DNA of 64,000 bases from a virus. Taxonomy: Duplodnaviria > Caudoviricetes. The stretch spans positions 32,001 through 96,000 of IMG/VR virus record IMGVR_UViG_3300020037_003256; one strand, 5' to 3'. Below are positions 20,126 to 29,219 of the stretch, one piece after another (within the stretch, counting starts at the first letter, position 1; each line of letters begins with the position of its first letter). The notes beneath the pieces were generated by a model. It was not told the DNA's origin. It searched no databases and saw only the letters and a program-made list of their open reading frames with translations. Both the position numbers and the translations under genes were made by a program.

Positions 20126-21883
20126 TTACTCAAGGATATGCACTTCGGTGTCAGCTGAAATCTCGCCACGTGCAGAGGCTTGTATAGCGTCCGCTTTATT
20201 GCGGAACGTTCTAGCCTTTGCTTTCTTTTTCCCGTCATGCGTTTTAGTCGCATAGTATAAACCCGCAAGATACTGCTGCCCGGGCTTATGCACAGGGCTC
20301 TTAAAGTCAGACGGACTCAACAGTGAGCGACTCGGCAACAGACGATCGTAAGCTTCATTAACCGCAGCATCAGTCATCGGCACGTGAAACTGCATAGCGT
20401 CCCCGTCAAAGTCCGCGTTGAACCCGCTCACAATTAATGGGCTAACCTGCAGCACGTCACCTTTAACGAGCTTTGGCCTGAATGCCATAATCCCAAACTT
20501 GTGGAGCACAGGAGCACGGTTGATATATACCGGTCTGTTCTCCATCTCTTCCTGCAGTATGTCTCTTGCCAGCGGTGTCTTATCTTCGACACTTCGCAAA
20601 GCCGCACGCATATCCATCCCTTTTCGCCGTAGTCGTCGAACGATGGCTTTGCGGTAGACCTCGAAGGCCTGCTTTTCTGGAATACCTACTGTATCCATAT
20701 CGTAGTCCGGGTTGGGTGTGATTACAGCACGCCCAACAGAGTCTACAGTACTGGAAATTAATTTCCGCTGTACCGTACCAAATTTTGGAGAGTTTCCAAA
20801 TATGCTTTTAAGAACTCCTTTAACCCCTTTCTCCTGTAGCTTAGGATGCACAGGATCGCCAAGACCCGTGACAGCTTTGAACGCGTGGTAAACAGCTAGA
20901 CGCTCTGGACCGACACCATCGTCCCCAACCTGTTTCTGTAGATCGGTGTAGTTGTTCTTCGCGTCAAGGAGTTCCTTGTAAAGATAGTTAGGATCAGAGA
21001 TTAACGGGATACCGCTGTCGCCCATCAAACTAACTGGGCGAAATGCTGGTGGAAGCACAGGCACTTTATCCAACACCCACTCTCTTGGATGCAGATTTAA
21101 CCGCTTAGCAGACTTCAAGAAGCCCCATCGCCGCACAGCCGCATCACGCGAAGAAGCTTTCCCGGAGTAGAATTGTGCCTTAGCTTCAGCGATGGATTTA
21201 TCGATATCGATGTTGTCCAAAGCTTTCGCAATTGCCTGTGGGCCAGTACCGAAACCAGATAAAGAATGATCGCCCTGTAGGGTTGCCTCGTACTGTTTCC
21301 CGGTAAGACCCAGCAACCGACGAATTGGTTCTTCCATCACCGGGTTAGGCATTGGCTCTGGTAGCTTGATATAGCTCCACCGTTTACCGTTGTGCCCACC
21401 TGTAAGCACGTCATCAAACAAACCACCTTTAACCGGCTTTAAGTCTTTATCGAAGTGTACGGTTTCCCCTGATTTAATTTCACGGTCGCCAGCCAGTGTA
21501 TCTACGTCTTTTTTGGTCAAAGCCATCACTTGTGTGCGGTGCCCATCACGCACGACGTTGATGCCTGCAGACTTTAGTTGGTTTACAAATTTCTCGTAAA
21601 CCATAGGCACTCGCGGCGTACCTGGTGCGTGTCCCGACATAAACTGCATCCAGATATCTTCGTTCTTCTGTCCGCGAAACGCGCCAGCATCGTTCAACGT
21701 TGCCGTAGCCCCGTGAGACAATAATGCGTTCACGTCCAACAAGGATATCCGCTTAGAATTGGAAACTACGATGCCAGCGGCAAGCGTATACAAGTGCGTA
21801 TCGTCCACACAGATGTCGAACACAGGTACAGTGTGGTTCGCATCTACGGGACCTGCATACGGTGAAATAGATTTAATTTTCAC
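20126..21883 (-). CDS. rpoC: split-intein C-fragment + C-terminal end of RNAP beta + catalytic N-half of beta'
   Basis: GTG start with GAGGTGG SD; intein end ...IVVSN|S; KRISLLDVNALLSHGA (cf. beta QRFGEMEVWALEAYGA); VPVLPPAFRP; NRAPVLHK; FNADFDGDAM catalytic loop. Confidence 0.92.
   Translation of the reverse strand: MKIKSISPYAGPVDANHTVPVFDICVDDTHLYTLAAGIVVSNSKRISLLDVNALLSHGATATLNDAGAFRGQKNEDIWMQFMSGHAPGTPRVPMVYEKFVNQLKSAGINVVRDGHRTQVMALTKKDVDTLAGDREIKSGETVHFDKDLKPVKGGLFDDVLTGGHNGKRWSYIKLPEPMPNPVMEEPIRRLLGLTGKQYEATLQGDHSLSGFGTGPQAIAKALDNIDIDKSIAEAKAQFYSGKASSRDAAVRRWGFLKSAKRLNLHPREWVLDKVPVLPPAFRPVSLMGDSGIPLISDPNYLYKELLDAKNNYTDLQKQVGDDGVGPERLAVYHAFKAVTGLGDPVHPKLQEKGVKGVLKSIFGNSPKFGTVQRKLISSTVDSVGRAVITPNPDYDMDTVGIPEKQAFEVYRKAIVRRLRRKGMDMRAALRSVEDKTPLARDILQEEMENRPVYINRAPVLHKFGIMAFRPKLVKGDVLQVSPLIVSGFNADFDGDAMQFHVPMTDAAVNEAYDRLLPSRSLLSPSDFKSPVHKPGQQYLAGLYYATKTHDGKKKAKARTFRNKADAIQASARGEISADTEVHILE
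21758..21883 (-). other. split intein C-fragment (IntC, 42 aa)
   Basis: MKIKSI N-terminus; block F VFDICVDDTHLY; terminal Ser-Asn followed by Ser+1 (21755-21757). Confidence 0.88.
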
Positions 21884-22167
21884 AGTCCACCTCTGTAACG
21901 TGCACGCATACGTTCCCACCAACTGCTAAGTGCGCTCCGGGCTTTACCCGCGAACACGCTACGTGCTTGTTCGCGATACGTTTGAGGGCGTTGCGAAACT
22001 ACAGGAGGTTTGTAGTTAGCAAACCCTGTCCCTATCGCAGCCATTGGCGCTTGTAACCCGGTAGCAGCAATGCCGTTGCTAGGTTGGTCCAGCAACTCTT
22101 CGCTTGCCAACTTGAAACGTAACGCCGCAGCGTTCACCGTAAGAAAACTCATATCGTCGTGCGGCAT
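21880..22167 (-). CDS. small hypothetical protein (95 aa) between the intein halves
   Basis: GGAGGGG SD; GTGA overlap with the IntC gene; FKLAS motif; no endonuclease motif. Confidence 0.65.
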   Translation of the reverse strand: MPHDDMSFLTVNAAALRFKLASEELLDQPSNGIAATGLQAPMAAIGTGFANYKPPVVSQRPQTYREQARSVFAGKARSALSSWWERMRARYRGGL

Positions 22168-22168
22168 G

Positions 22169-25100
22169 CTACCCCTCCAGTAAATCGTCACCAGGTTTAA
22201 GTTCGGAAGCAAGGATCCTTTTATGGTTCTTCAAAACGAGCACGTGGTTTTTGGTGCAGCTGAACTTCTCCCCGTTAGCCAACTCAATCGTAATCAACTC
22301 GGAGGAAGGGACCCAGTACATAAACCAGTCCGTAACCTTACGCCGCACTCTTTCCGCAGGCTTATATCGCTTTTTAGGTATCTTCACGGAACCTACTGTC
22401 CCGTTGAACCTGTTCGCGACGATATCCTTGATCCGCACCGGCTCTGGTGCCTGTTCGTCGATATCAGTCGTGTCTGGTGAATCCATATACACCATTACTT
22501 CCGTATCGCCCGTAAAACATCCAGACTCTCCGCCTTTTGCCGGAGTCTCGTCTGAAGAATAAGAACCAGAGTCGCGACCTTGGCCTTTTGACTCAGCCGT
22601 ATGGTGTAGCTTCATCATAAAGCGATACCCGGTACCGACGCCAGGCACCTTGGCGTTCTTCTCTGGCCAGTAGACGTCTTCTGTGCTGCTCAAGCCGTGC
22701 TTCTGCAGTAACTTCTCAGACCAGTCTTCAAGGTCGGATATGTCCGTGAAGTCTGGTACCTTGACAGGCTTACCTGTTAAGGCTGCAACCTTTCCCAACG
22801 CAGACTCGATCTTCTGGCTAGGATTCGTTCGAGTGATGATACCATCCGGGCTTAACAGAACCTCGTATGGTTTTCCGTCCTTGTCATGCGGCATTTGCTT
22901 GTCCGGAATGATAGCCGCAATAACTCCTTTGTCCCCGTACCTACCGCTTAACTTATCACCAACCTCGGCTGCAGCCTCTGCCTTTACCAGCACTACGGGA
23001 CCATTCTTTCCCCAGACAACATCCGTTACGACGCCCGGGCTATGATGCTTCCACACAATCGACTCATCGGCGTAACCAGCTTGTCTTTTCTTGTGGATTT
23101 TGTTCAGCGCCCGATCGCGTTCCTTGGCTGCCAGCACAAGCGGTTGCCCGTATTCTACTTGCTCTCCGACGTTTATGATTCCACGATCGTCCATCTTGGC
23201 CAGCGTCGCCTTGTCGTAAGTACCCGCGAACAAGGAGATAAAAGCGTTCTTCCCCATCTTGTGTTTGTCCGATACTTCCAGCTCGTGCTGGTACATATGC
23301 TCGGACGTAAGGCGTTTAGCCGCACTCTCCGAGATAACCTGAGCATCTTCGAAGTTAAGGCCTTTGTACGGGAAGTATGCTACCCGCATGTTGAGTCCAA
23401 GCGCCGTGGCTCCTGTATGGTCTGTATAGTTTGACTTCGCTAGTAGCTGTCCGGGTTTGAACGTGTCCCCGGGTTTGACGGTAGGCTCTTGGTGTACGAA
23501 AGTTTTACGGTTGAACGGGTGATGTTGATACAACTCGATCTCGTCCGTGGCACCGTCTTCGTATTTGACCTGCAGCACTCCGTCCTTATAGCCCATTACG
23601 CGTCCGCCCTTATCCGCTTTAACGGCACCCATATGTTTGCCGTACTCGTCTTCGTAGGACACGTCAGGTTGTCCGGGTATCCCGCCTTGGACAAATGGAG
23701 CTTCGGCGTTCTTCACAGGAAGTGCTTGCGTGATATAGCGAGCACCCATAGACACACGCCCCGGTTTTGTGGCCGACATGAACGGTACCAAGTTAGATAA
23801 CGGACTGAACGCGGCAGAGAAGTCCGGTAATGTGTACTCCACCTCATCCCGTTTCACGTAATCCAGCTTGCCGCCACGCATAACCGGTACGCGTGGCATC
23901 GATTTCCAAAACGGGTCTTTAGCCACCTCCGGTGTCGTAATAGCCGCATCAGCTAAATCCTGCGGAGATCGCCAAACAACTTCACCTTGGTTGTTGCGTA
24001 CTTGCGTATAAATACGCCCGTCTTTTCCTTTGCGACTCGCTCGGGCCATGTAGAGATCGACGCCGACTCGGAAGGATTCCGGCGTACGAATCGGATCAAT
24101 GAAACCCATATGCGATGGCTGCACGCTTCGAGCTTCGTCCGGAATAGAATCAATCGACGGGATACCGCCCTCGCCTAAACGCGTGATCCGCGTTTGTTTG
24201 TCGAACACTTCAGCCGGGTTGATTTCCTCGAGCGCCTGTGCAAGACCACTACCGATCAATACTTGTTCGAGTTGTGGCGTCATTACGCCAGACTTCATTT
24301 TCGACAACGAGCCTGCTTTGACAATGTCACGGAACACCTGTTTCCGGATGTTCCCGTGGTCTCGCTTGATCCGTTCCGCAAACAAGTCTTCTGGCCCTAA
24401 GAACTGCTGATACGCGAGGTGGTCACGATCGTCTGGGTCTACTTCTTTACGGCTGACACGGAGCAGTTTATTTGTGGCGGCAAGAATCGCTTCCTTGGTT
24501 ACACGGTTGAACGGTTGACCAAGTGTACGTTGAGTTACTTCCGGATCTAGCTCCATATTGTTAAAGCGTTCCACCAACTTGCGAGTGGCATCCGTTTCTG
24601 AACTGCCCGCCAGATCCTTTTGGCGTACCAGCTTCTGCGCTAGCTTCTTGAGCGTAGCACCACCATCATCTTTCCCATAATTAGACTGCCACAGGTTGTC
24701 TCCCCAGGCATCTCGTATCTCTCTATCTGTGGCACCCATAGCGCGGAGTAGTGGCATTAAAGGCATTTCGGACTGACCGAATTTCACCTTAAAAATTCCC
24801 TTCTCCGGATCAATGAAGTAGCGGTGACTGACGCCCTTACCTGGCAAGATATTGAAGTGGCTTTCCAACTCGCCGTTATCTTTAACACGTGCGAACACAC
24901 CAGGGTTTAAACGTTGCTGGTGATTTACCGTGTATTCGTTTCCGCGGTGCGTGAACGTACCCATGCTGGACAGGTACGGTACGGCACCGACAATCTGATT
25001 GCGTTGTTCAATCAGCTTTCCCGTACGCTTATCGTAAAGCTCCCACGTACCTTTCATGCGACGTGCTAGTGTTTCGCCGGCCAAGATAGCCTGCTTACGC

Positions 25101-25372
25101 CGCTTACGTGTGAACCTGTCCGGATCAGCCCAGTCTACGTTTGTCAGCTTTAATGAATAATTGTCGTCTTCGATCGGCTCGACGCTCTTAGCCGCATTCA
25201 TCGTCGAGTCATAGATGAACTGCCGTGTCGTTTTGTTGTCTCCGAATTCACGCATCTCCGGTACGGCAGGCTGCACCGGTTTAACTGTTGGCGTTAAGAG
25301 TGACGGTGGTCCGGAAGGTTGAAGGAGATTGAAACTGGGCGAAACCGGTTTCTGTGGTTGAGTCGGTAGCAC
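22169..25372 (-). CDS. rpoB: RNA polymerase beta subunit ending in a split-intein N-fragment, 1067 aa
   Basis: ARSVQPSHMGFIDPIRTPES; ALGLNMRVAYFPYKGLNFEDA; GDKLSGRYGDKG; MMKLHH; then ...GGESG|CFTGDTEV. Confidence 0.93.
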   Translation of the reverse strand: MLPTQPQKPVSPSFNLLQPSGPPSLLTPTVKPVQPAVPEMREFGDNKTTRQFIYDSTMNAAKSVEPIEDDNYSLKLTNVDWADPDRFTRKRRKQAILAGETLARRMKGTWELYDKRTGKLIEQRNQIVGAVPYLSSMGTFTHRGNEYTVNHQQRLNPGVFARVKDNGELESHFNILPGKGVSHRYFIDPEKGIFKVKFGQSEMPLMPLLRAMGATDREIRDAWGDNLWQSNYGKDDGGATLKKLAQKLVRQKDLAGSSETDATRKLVERFNNMELDPEVTQRTLGQPFNRVTKEAILAATNKLLRVSRKEVDPDDRDHLAYQQFLGPEDLFAERIKRDHGNIRKQVFRDIVKAGSLSKMKSGVMTPQLEQVLIGSGLAQALEEINPAEVFDKQTRITRLGEGGIPSIDSIPDEARSVQPSHMGFIDPIRTPESFRVGVDLYMARASRKGKDGRIYTQVRNNQGEVVWRSPQDLADAAITTPEVAKDPFWKSMPRVPVMRGGKLDYVKRDEVEYTLPDFSAAFSPLSNLVPFMSATKPGRVSMGARYITQALPVKNAEAPFVQGGIPGQPDVSYEDEYGKHMGAVKADKGGRVMGYKDGVLQVKYEDGATDEIELYQHHPFNRKTFVHQEPTVKPGDTFKPGQLLAKSNYTDHTGATALGLNMRVAYFPYKGLNFEDAQVISESAAKRLTSEHMYQHELEVSDKHKMGKNAFISLFAGTYDKATLAKMDDRGIINVGEQVEYGQPLVLAAKERDRALNKIHKKRQAGYADESIVWKHHSPGVVTDVVWGKNGPVVLVKAEAAAEVGDKLSGRYGDKGVIAAIIPDKQMPHDKDGKPYEVLLSPDGIITRTNPSQKIESALGKVAALTGKPVKVPDFTDISDLEDWSEKLLQKHGLSSTEDVYWPEKNAKVPGVGTGYRFMMKLHHTAESKGQGRDSGSYSSDETPAKGGESGCFTGDTEVMVYMDSPDTTDIDEQAPEPVRIKDIVANRFNGTVGSVKIPKKRYKPAERVRRKVTDWFMYWVPSSELITIELANGEKFSCTKNHVLVLKNHKRILASELKPGDDLLEG
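22172..22519 (-). other. split intein N-fragment (IntN, 116 aa)
   Basis: Block A CFTGDTEV; block B CTKNH (TxxH); ends ASELKPGDDL then stop. Confidence 0.9.
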
Positions 25373-25383
25373 GGTTTCCTCGC

Positions 25384-26643
25384 TTAGTCGGTCTCGGTGG
25401 GTACAGCTACAGGTTCTGGCTGCGCAAAGATCTCCGTAGGTCGCTGCATGAATTGCCGGCGTTGTCGTTTCTTCAATGCAGATTCTAGTACTGCCTTGCG
25501 ACTACGCTTAGACACTTTGTCGTACACGTAGGCACCAGCGAGCAATCCGGTTAATCCAGAATATACGCCATAACCGTCAGCAACCTGGCCGGCTAAGTTT
25601 GGCAAGTCTAAAGCCTGCTTTGTAAGCACCGCGTCTGTCTGCGAACTCATGGCTTGCAGAAACTTACCGTACAGCTGATCCAACGCCTGCCCAACCTTCA
25701 CCATAGTATCGTCAGACGCTTTCTTGTTAATCAGCTCCGGATGAAGCTCGACAGGTTTGTCGTATTGTGAAATCAGAGCATCGTGGAATTGCGATCGCGC
25801 GTCGGTAAGTTCCTGCTCCATACGCTTACGCCGCTGTCGATCGATAAGCTTGTCCATGCCTTTCCACCCAAGCGCCAATCCACCAATAGTGCTAAGAGCA
25901 GATGCGGCACCGTACCAAGGAATACCGCTTTTAGAACTTGCGTCGTCACCAAAGGCGAACGACCCAGACTTCTCCGGCGTCGCGGGAAATGGCATTGGAA
26001 GATAAGCAGGACCAGTACGAGTTTTCTTCGCTCGATTCGCTCGAAGATGTTGCACGGCTCCAAGTATTGCACGACCAGCTACGCCAATGCCTAGACCAGT
26101 GAGCCCAAAACGTTTAACGTCGCCCAAAGCGTCCGATTGCAGTTGCGTAGACGCCATGTTCTGAACAGCGCCAGAAAAAGCATCTAAGGACGGATCAGCT
26201 GCGTGTTTTTCTTCTAGATCTCTACCAAGCAGCTTGTCTGCGCCTCGCCATCCGGCATAACCACCAAGACCGCCGCCTAGAAGCGTTGCCCCAAGAACAG
26301 CACCAGGACTCGCGCCGAGACCTGCAGCCGCTGTCGAACCGGCGGATATACCCGCGAGTATACCACCGCCCGTTAAAGCCCCACGAGCAGCACCACGTAA
26401 TGTGCCAGCAATTGGTTGCTTCTTGGCCGTACCGTAACCGGCACCAGCTACGGCACCAACTGGCGCACCAAGCATGGCACCACCAATTCCGTTAACCAAT
26501 GGCGTACCGATTAGCGTATTTACAGGGTGCTCTCGGATCAGCTGTTGCAGTTTTTGTTGTGCGTCTTCGTACCCTTCCGCTGCTCTTTTTTCTTTCTCAG
26601 CCTTGACCCGCGCCAAAATTGCTAATGAGGTTTTGCTGTCCAT
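25384..26643 (-). CDS. putative virion membrane-interacting protein, 419 aa
   Basis: Several Gly-rich hydrophobic segments separated by EKRAA, EKHAA, KKAS, TKQA. Confidence 0.65.
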   Translation of the reverse strand: MDSKTSLAILARVKAEKEKRAAEGYEDAQQKLQQLIREHPVNTLIGTPLVNGIGGAMLGAPVGAVAGAGYGTAKKQPIAGTLRGAARGALTGGGILAGISAGSTAAAGLGASPGAVLGATLLGGGLGGYAGWRGADKLLGRDLEEKHAADPSLDAFSGAVQNMASTQLQSDALGDVKRFGLTGLGIGVAGRAILGAVQHLRANRAKKTRTGPAYLPMPFPATPEKSGSFAFGDDASSKSGIPWYGAASALSTIGGLALGWKGMDKLIDRQRRKRMEQELTDARSQFHDALISQYDKPVELHPELINKKASDDTMVKVGQALDQLYGKFLQAMSSQTDAVLTKQALDLPNLAGQVADGYGVYSGLTGLLAGAYVYDKVSKRSRKAVLESALKKRQRRQFMQRPTEIFAQPEPVAVPTETD

Positions 26644-27031
26644 GCTGTAACTCCATTATCCCTTGTGATTGGTACGGCACACGCGATCCGTCTTCCACGT
26701 AATACTCCAACCACTCCACATAATGAAGTGACGTCCTATTGCCGTTCGGATCCGTCCAAAACCGTTCCAGATATACCAACTGAAACCAACCGTTAGCACA
26801 GCACTCCAATACGTCCAAGTATTGTTTATTGCTGACCACGTCATGTACATCGAAGAATCCGTTGCGGGCATCTGCAACCTTGACCGTACGGCTTTCCCAC
26901 TCATCCTCACGATAAGTCGGAGTTATAGGTCCTCGGAACGGCAGGCCGTCCGCGTCGACTCTGCCCCAATGTAGCTTGTCACCGTTCGTTGCAGTTATAC
27001 GGTTTGAAAACTTCAGCAGACCCGACGACAT
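26597..27031 (-). CDS. hypothetical protein, 144 aa
   Basis: GAGG SD; operon context. Confidence 0.65.
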   Translation of the reverse strand: MSSGLLKFSNRITATNGDKLHWGRVDADGLPFRGPITPTYREDEWESRTVKVADARNGFFDVHDVVSNKQYLDVLECCANGWFQLVYLERFWTDPNGNRTSLHYVEWLEYYVEDGSRVPYQSQGIMELQHGQQNLISNFGAGQG

Positions 27032-27042
27032 CGTACACCTCG

Positions 27043-27465
27043 TTACATAAAGATACGTCCGGTTCGCTGGACTTCTTTAGTGTAGTCGCGAACCGTTTTT
27101 TGTCGCTTCAGTCTGTCCGCTTGCCGGTTGTACTCTTCAACCAACTCACGATTCTTGATGTCATCAACATCTGTATCGTCAAGATCGGTCATTTTACCCA
27201 ACCCGTATCCGGCAAGACCCCCAAGAACCGGAGGTGCAGCTAAAGCCAAAGGAACACCGTAGCTGCCAAGAGTTTTTAACAACCCGCCAGCAGTGTTCGT
27301 TGCGGCTCCAACAGTACCCGAAACAATACCGCTGAAACTAGCGTACTTGTCAAATACGGCGTTAGCGTGCTTTACACGCAAAAGTATCTGCTCGGGATTA
27401 AGTCCTTCTGCGGCACACTGCTGCAGGAACCCAACCTTAAATGCCTCGCTGCCTGAGAGTGCCAT
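27043..27465 (-). CDS. small putative virion protein with one hydrophobic helix, 140 aa
   Basis: FKVGFLQQCAAEG module; VKHA and DKYA motifs. Confidence 0.65.
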   Translation of the reverse strand: MALSGSEAFKVGFLQQCAAEGLNPEQILLRVKHANAVFDKYASFSGIVSGTVGAATNTAGGLLKTLGSYGVPLALAAPPVLGGLAGYGLGKMTDLDDTDVDDIKNRELVEEYNRQADRLKRQKTVRDYTKEVQRTGRIFM

Positions 27466-27473
27466 ACTAACTC

Positions 27474-27857
27474 CTAGAAATTAACTGCGTCAGAAACAAC
27501 AACGGTCTTGGGACGGCGACGCACAAGATCGCGGCGTGCGGACGCGTCTGTCGGCATACCTTGTTCTTGGGCCTTCCGGATGACTGCCGTCATGTTGGAA
27601 ACCATGTTCTGAATAGATCGTATGCGTTGCATGTCGAACTGATCGTGACTGTGCTTCTTCCGCTTAGAGTTGCTGTTGTCCAGCATGTCAACTAGCCCCA
27701 GGAGACGCTCCTTAGCTACGTCAACAGAGATAGCGCGGTAGCTGTTATCTTTGGCATCTTCGATGTGAATCAGACCGCGTTCTGCCCACATACGTAGACC
27801 ACCGAACTTAACAAGCTGGTCCGAAGAAAGCGTGGTGTTGCCGATTAATGTCAACAT
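27474..27857 (-). CDS. hypothetical protein (~127 aa)
   Basis: Probable start MLTLIG at 27857; the ORF track extends it to 27917. Confidence 0.6.
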   Translation of the reverse strand: MLTLIGNTTLSSDQLVKFGGLRMWAERGLIHIEDAKDNSYRAISVDVAKERLLGLVDMLDNSNSKRKKHSHDQFDMQRIRSIQNMVSNMTAVIRKAQEQGMPTDASARRDLVRRRPKTVVVSDAVNF

Positions 27858-27867
27858 AAGTAATTCC

Positions 27868-27881
27868 AAAAAACGTTTTTT
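27868..27881. repeat. dispersed palindrome copy 4 (10 nt before the probable 27857 start)
   Basis: ATTCC-A6CGT6-AAAAT. Confidence 0.9.
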
Positions 27882-27906
27882 AAAATGAACGGTAGGTACT
27901 GCGATT

Positions 27907-29064
27907 CTACCGTCCAAACAACTTTGGCACCACAGCGCCTAGTACGCCTAACACGGCACCGGTCGTACCGAAAGAAGAATTCCGAAATGGAGTACCAATT
28001 ATCGTGTTGATTGCCGCACCCGCGAGGTAGCCTTTGGTGTAGTCGCCAGCAACGTTTGCTGCGAGTTGTCCTAGTTGATTTCCGGTAACCCAGCCTGGTT
28101 TGCTCCGCGGATCGGGTAGCTGCTGTGCCGCGTACATACCGGCCATAGTTGTAGCCGCTAGATTTGGCGGAGCACCTGTGTCCCACAACGTGCGACCCAG
28201 TCGATCGATGTTCACGTCTGTTGGAAGACTTCCCAAATGTTCTGGTACCGTACCAAAAGTATCTGCAACCTTCTCAATAGCCGCGAGATACCGTTTACCT
28301 AGTTGGATACCTTCTAGGTCCTGACTAAACTTCACGCGAGGTAATCTGGTCTGATGAAGTGTGTGCCCAACGTCTTCCAGAATCTTTTGTGGCTTATCCT
28401 CCAAAGACGCGTGCGGAAATTGCGTAGCGTTGTTGCCGTCCACGGACGTCGGATAGTTAATAGCCTCACTACCGGCAGGAGGCGACAACAATGAAGGATC
28501 GTTAAAGTTCCTATGGTCCACCAAGTTGGTGGCTCCCCACATTAAGCCAGGAGCTACACCTAACGCTCCGCCCAGAAGCATACCGGTACGCCCCAACTTC
28601 TTGCCGTAGCCCTCTGGCATAAACTGTCCAATTAGGTGCCCAGCACCCCACCCGACACCAGCACCCAATAATCCGCTCGTGAGCATGGCAGCAACAGGAG
28701 ACGGGTTGTTCGGCACACCGTTAGGGTATTGTCCCGGAAAGAAGTTAAGCAACTCGCCCGCACGGCGTAGCGTGGGTGAATAAGCCACTTTTACCCACGC
28801 ACCATCCGGATCTGCGAGTTCCTGATAGCTAAGAAAAAGCGGTTCTGTTTTGGTTACGTTCGCGACTGCTTTCTTGACAAACTTCGCATCAGAATCCGCA
28901 ACCAAAGGTGCGAATATGCCGATGCGAAGTGTTTCGGGATGTACGTAATAACCGACATGTGATCCAGTAATCGCGTCTGCGGCTGACTTTCGAAGGTTAA
29001 ATCCTAGGTCAGCAACGCGAGAGACCCACAAATCCACGGTTTCCGGGATGTTGGCCCACTGCAT
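27907..29064 (-). CDS. putative virion protein with hydrophobic Gly-rich helices, 385 aa
   Basis: GGAGG SD; RKSAA, VKVA, EKVA motifs; first gene of the structural block. Confidence 0.65.
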   Translation of the reverse strand: MQWANIPETVDLWVSRVADLGFNLRKSAADAITGSHVGYYVHPETLRIGIFAPLVADSDAKFVKKAVANVTKTEPLFLSYQELADPDGAWVKVAYSPTLRRAGELLNFFPGQYPNGVPNNPSPVAAMLTSGLLGAGVGWGAGHLIGQFMPEGYGKKLGRTGMLLGGALGVAPGLMWGATNLVDHRNFNDPSLLSPPAGSEAINYPTSVDGNNATQFPHASLEDKPQKILEDVGHTLHQTRLPRVKFSQDLEGIQLGKRYLAAIEKVADTFGTVPEHLGSLPTDVNIDRLGRTLWDTGAPPNLAATTMAGMYAAQQLPDPRSKPGWVTGNQLGQLAANVAGDYTKGYLAGAAINTIIGTPFRNSSFGTTGAVLGVLGAVVPKLFGR

Positions 29065-29094
29065 TCTAAACCTCCAAAAACAGCGTTTGTTAGT

Positions 29095-29125
29095 ATTATT
29101 AGGACAAAATTTTTGTCCTAATAAT
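29095..29125. promoter_or_regulatory. 31-bp perfect inverted repeat in an AT-rich intergenic region
   Basis: ATTATTAGGACAAAA-T-TTTTGTCCTAATAAT. Confidence 0.6.
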
Positions 29126-29219
29126 CAATAAAGATAAATAAAAACACTGCTTACGCAGGTTTTTAAAATAAGAAATACAAGAAGAGAATAACAAAGTATG
29201 CTCTGGAATTGAAGCGCAT

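Noticed and set aside
21884-22171. IntN and IntC are in the same frame and IntN ends in TAG, suggesting amber readthrough into one cis-intein
   Set aside because: The gap contains in-frame TAA codons (21944-21946, 22016-22018) as well as TAGs, and IntC has its own SD and GTG start
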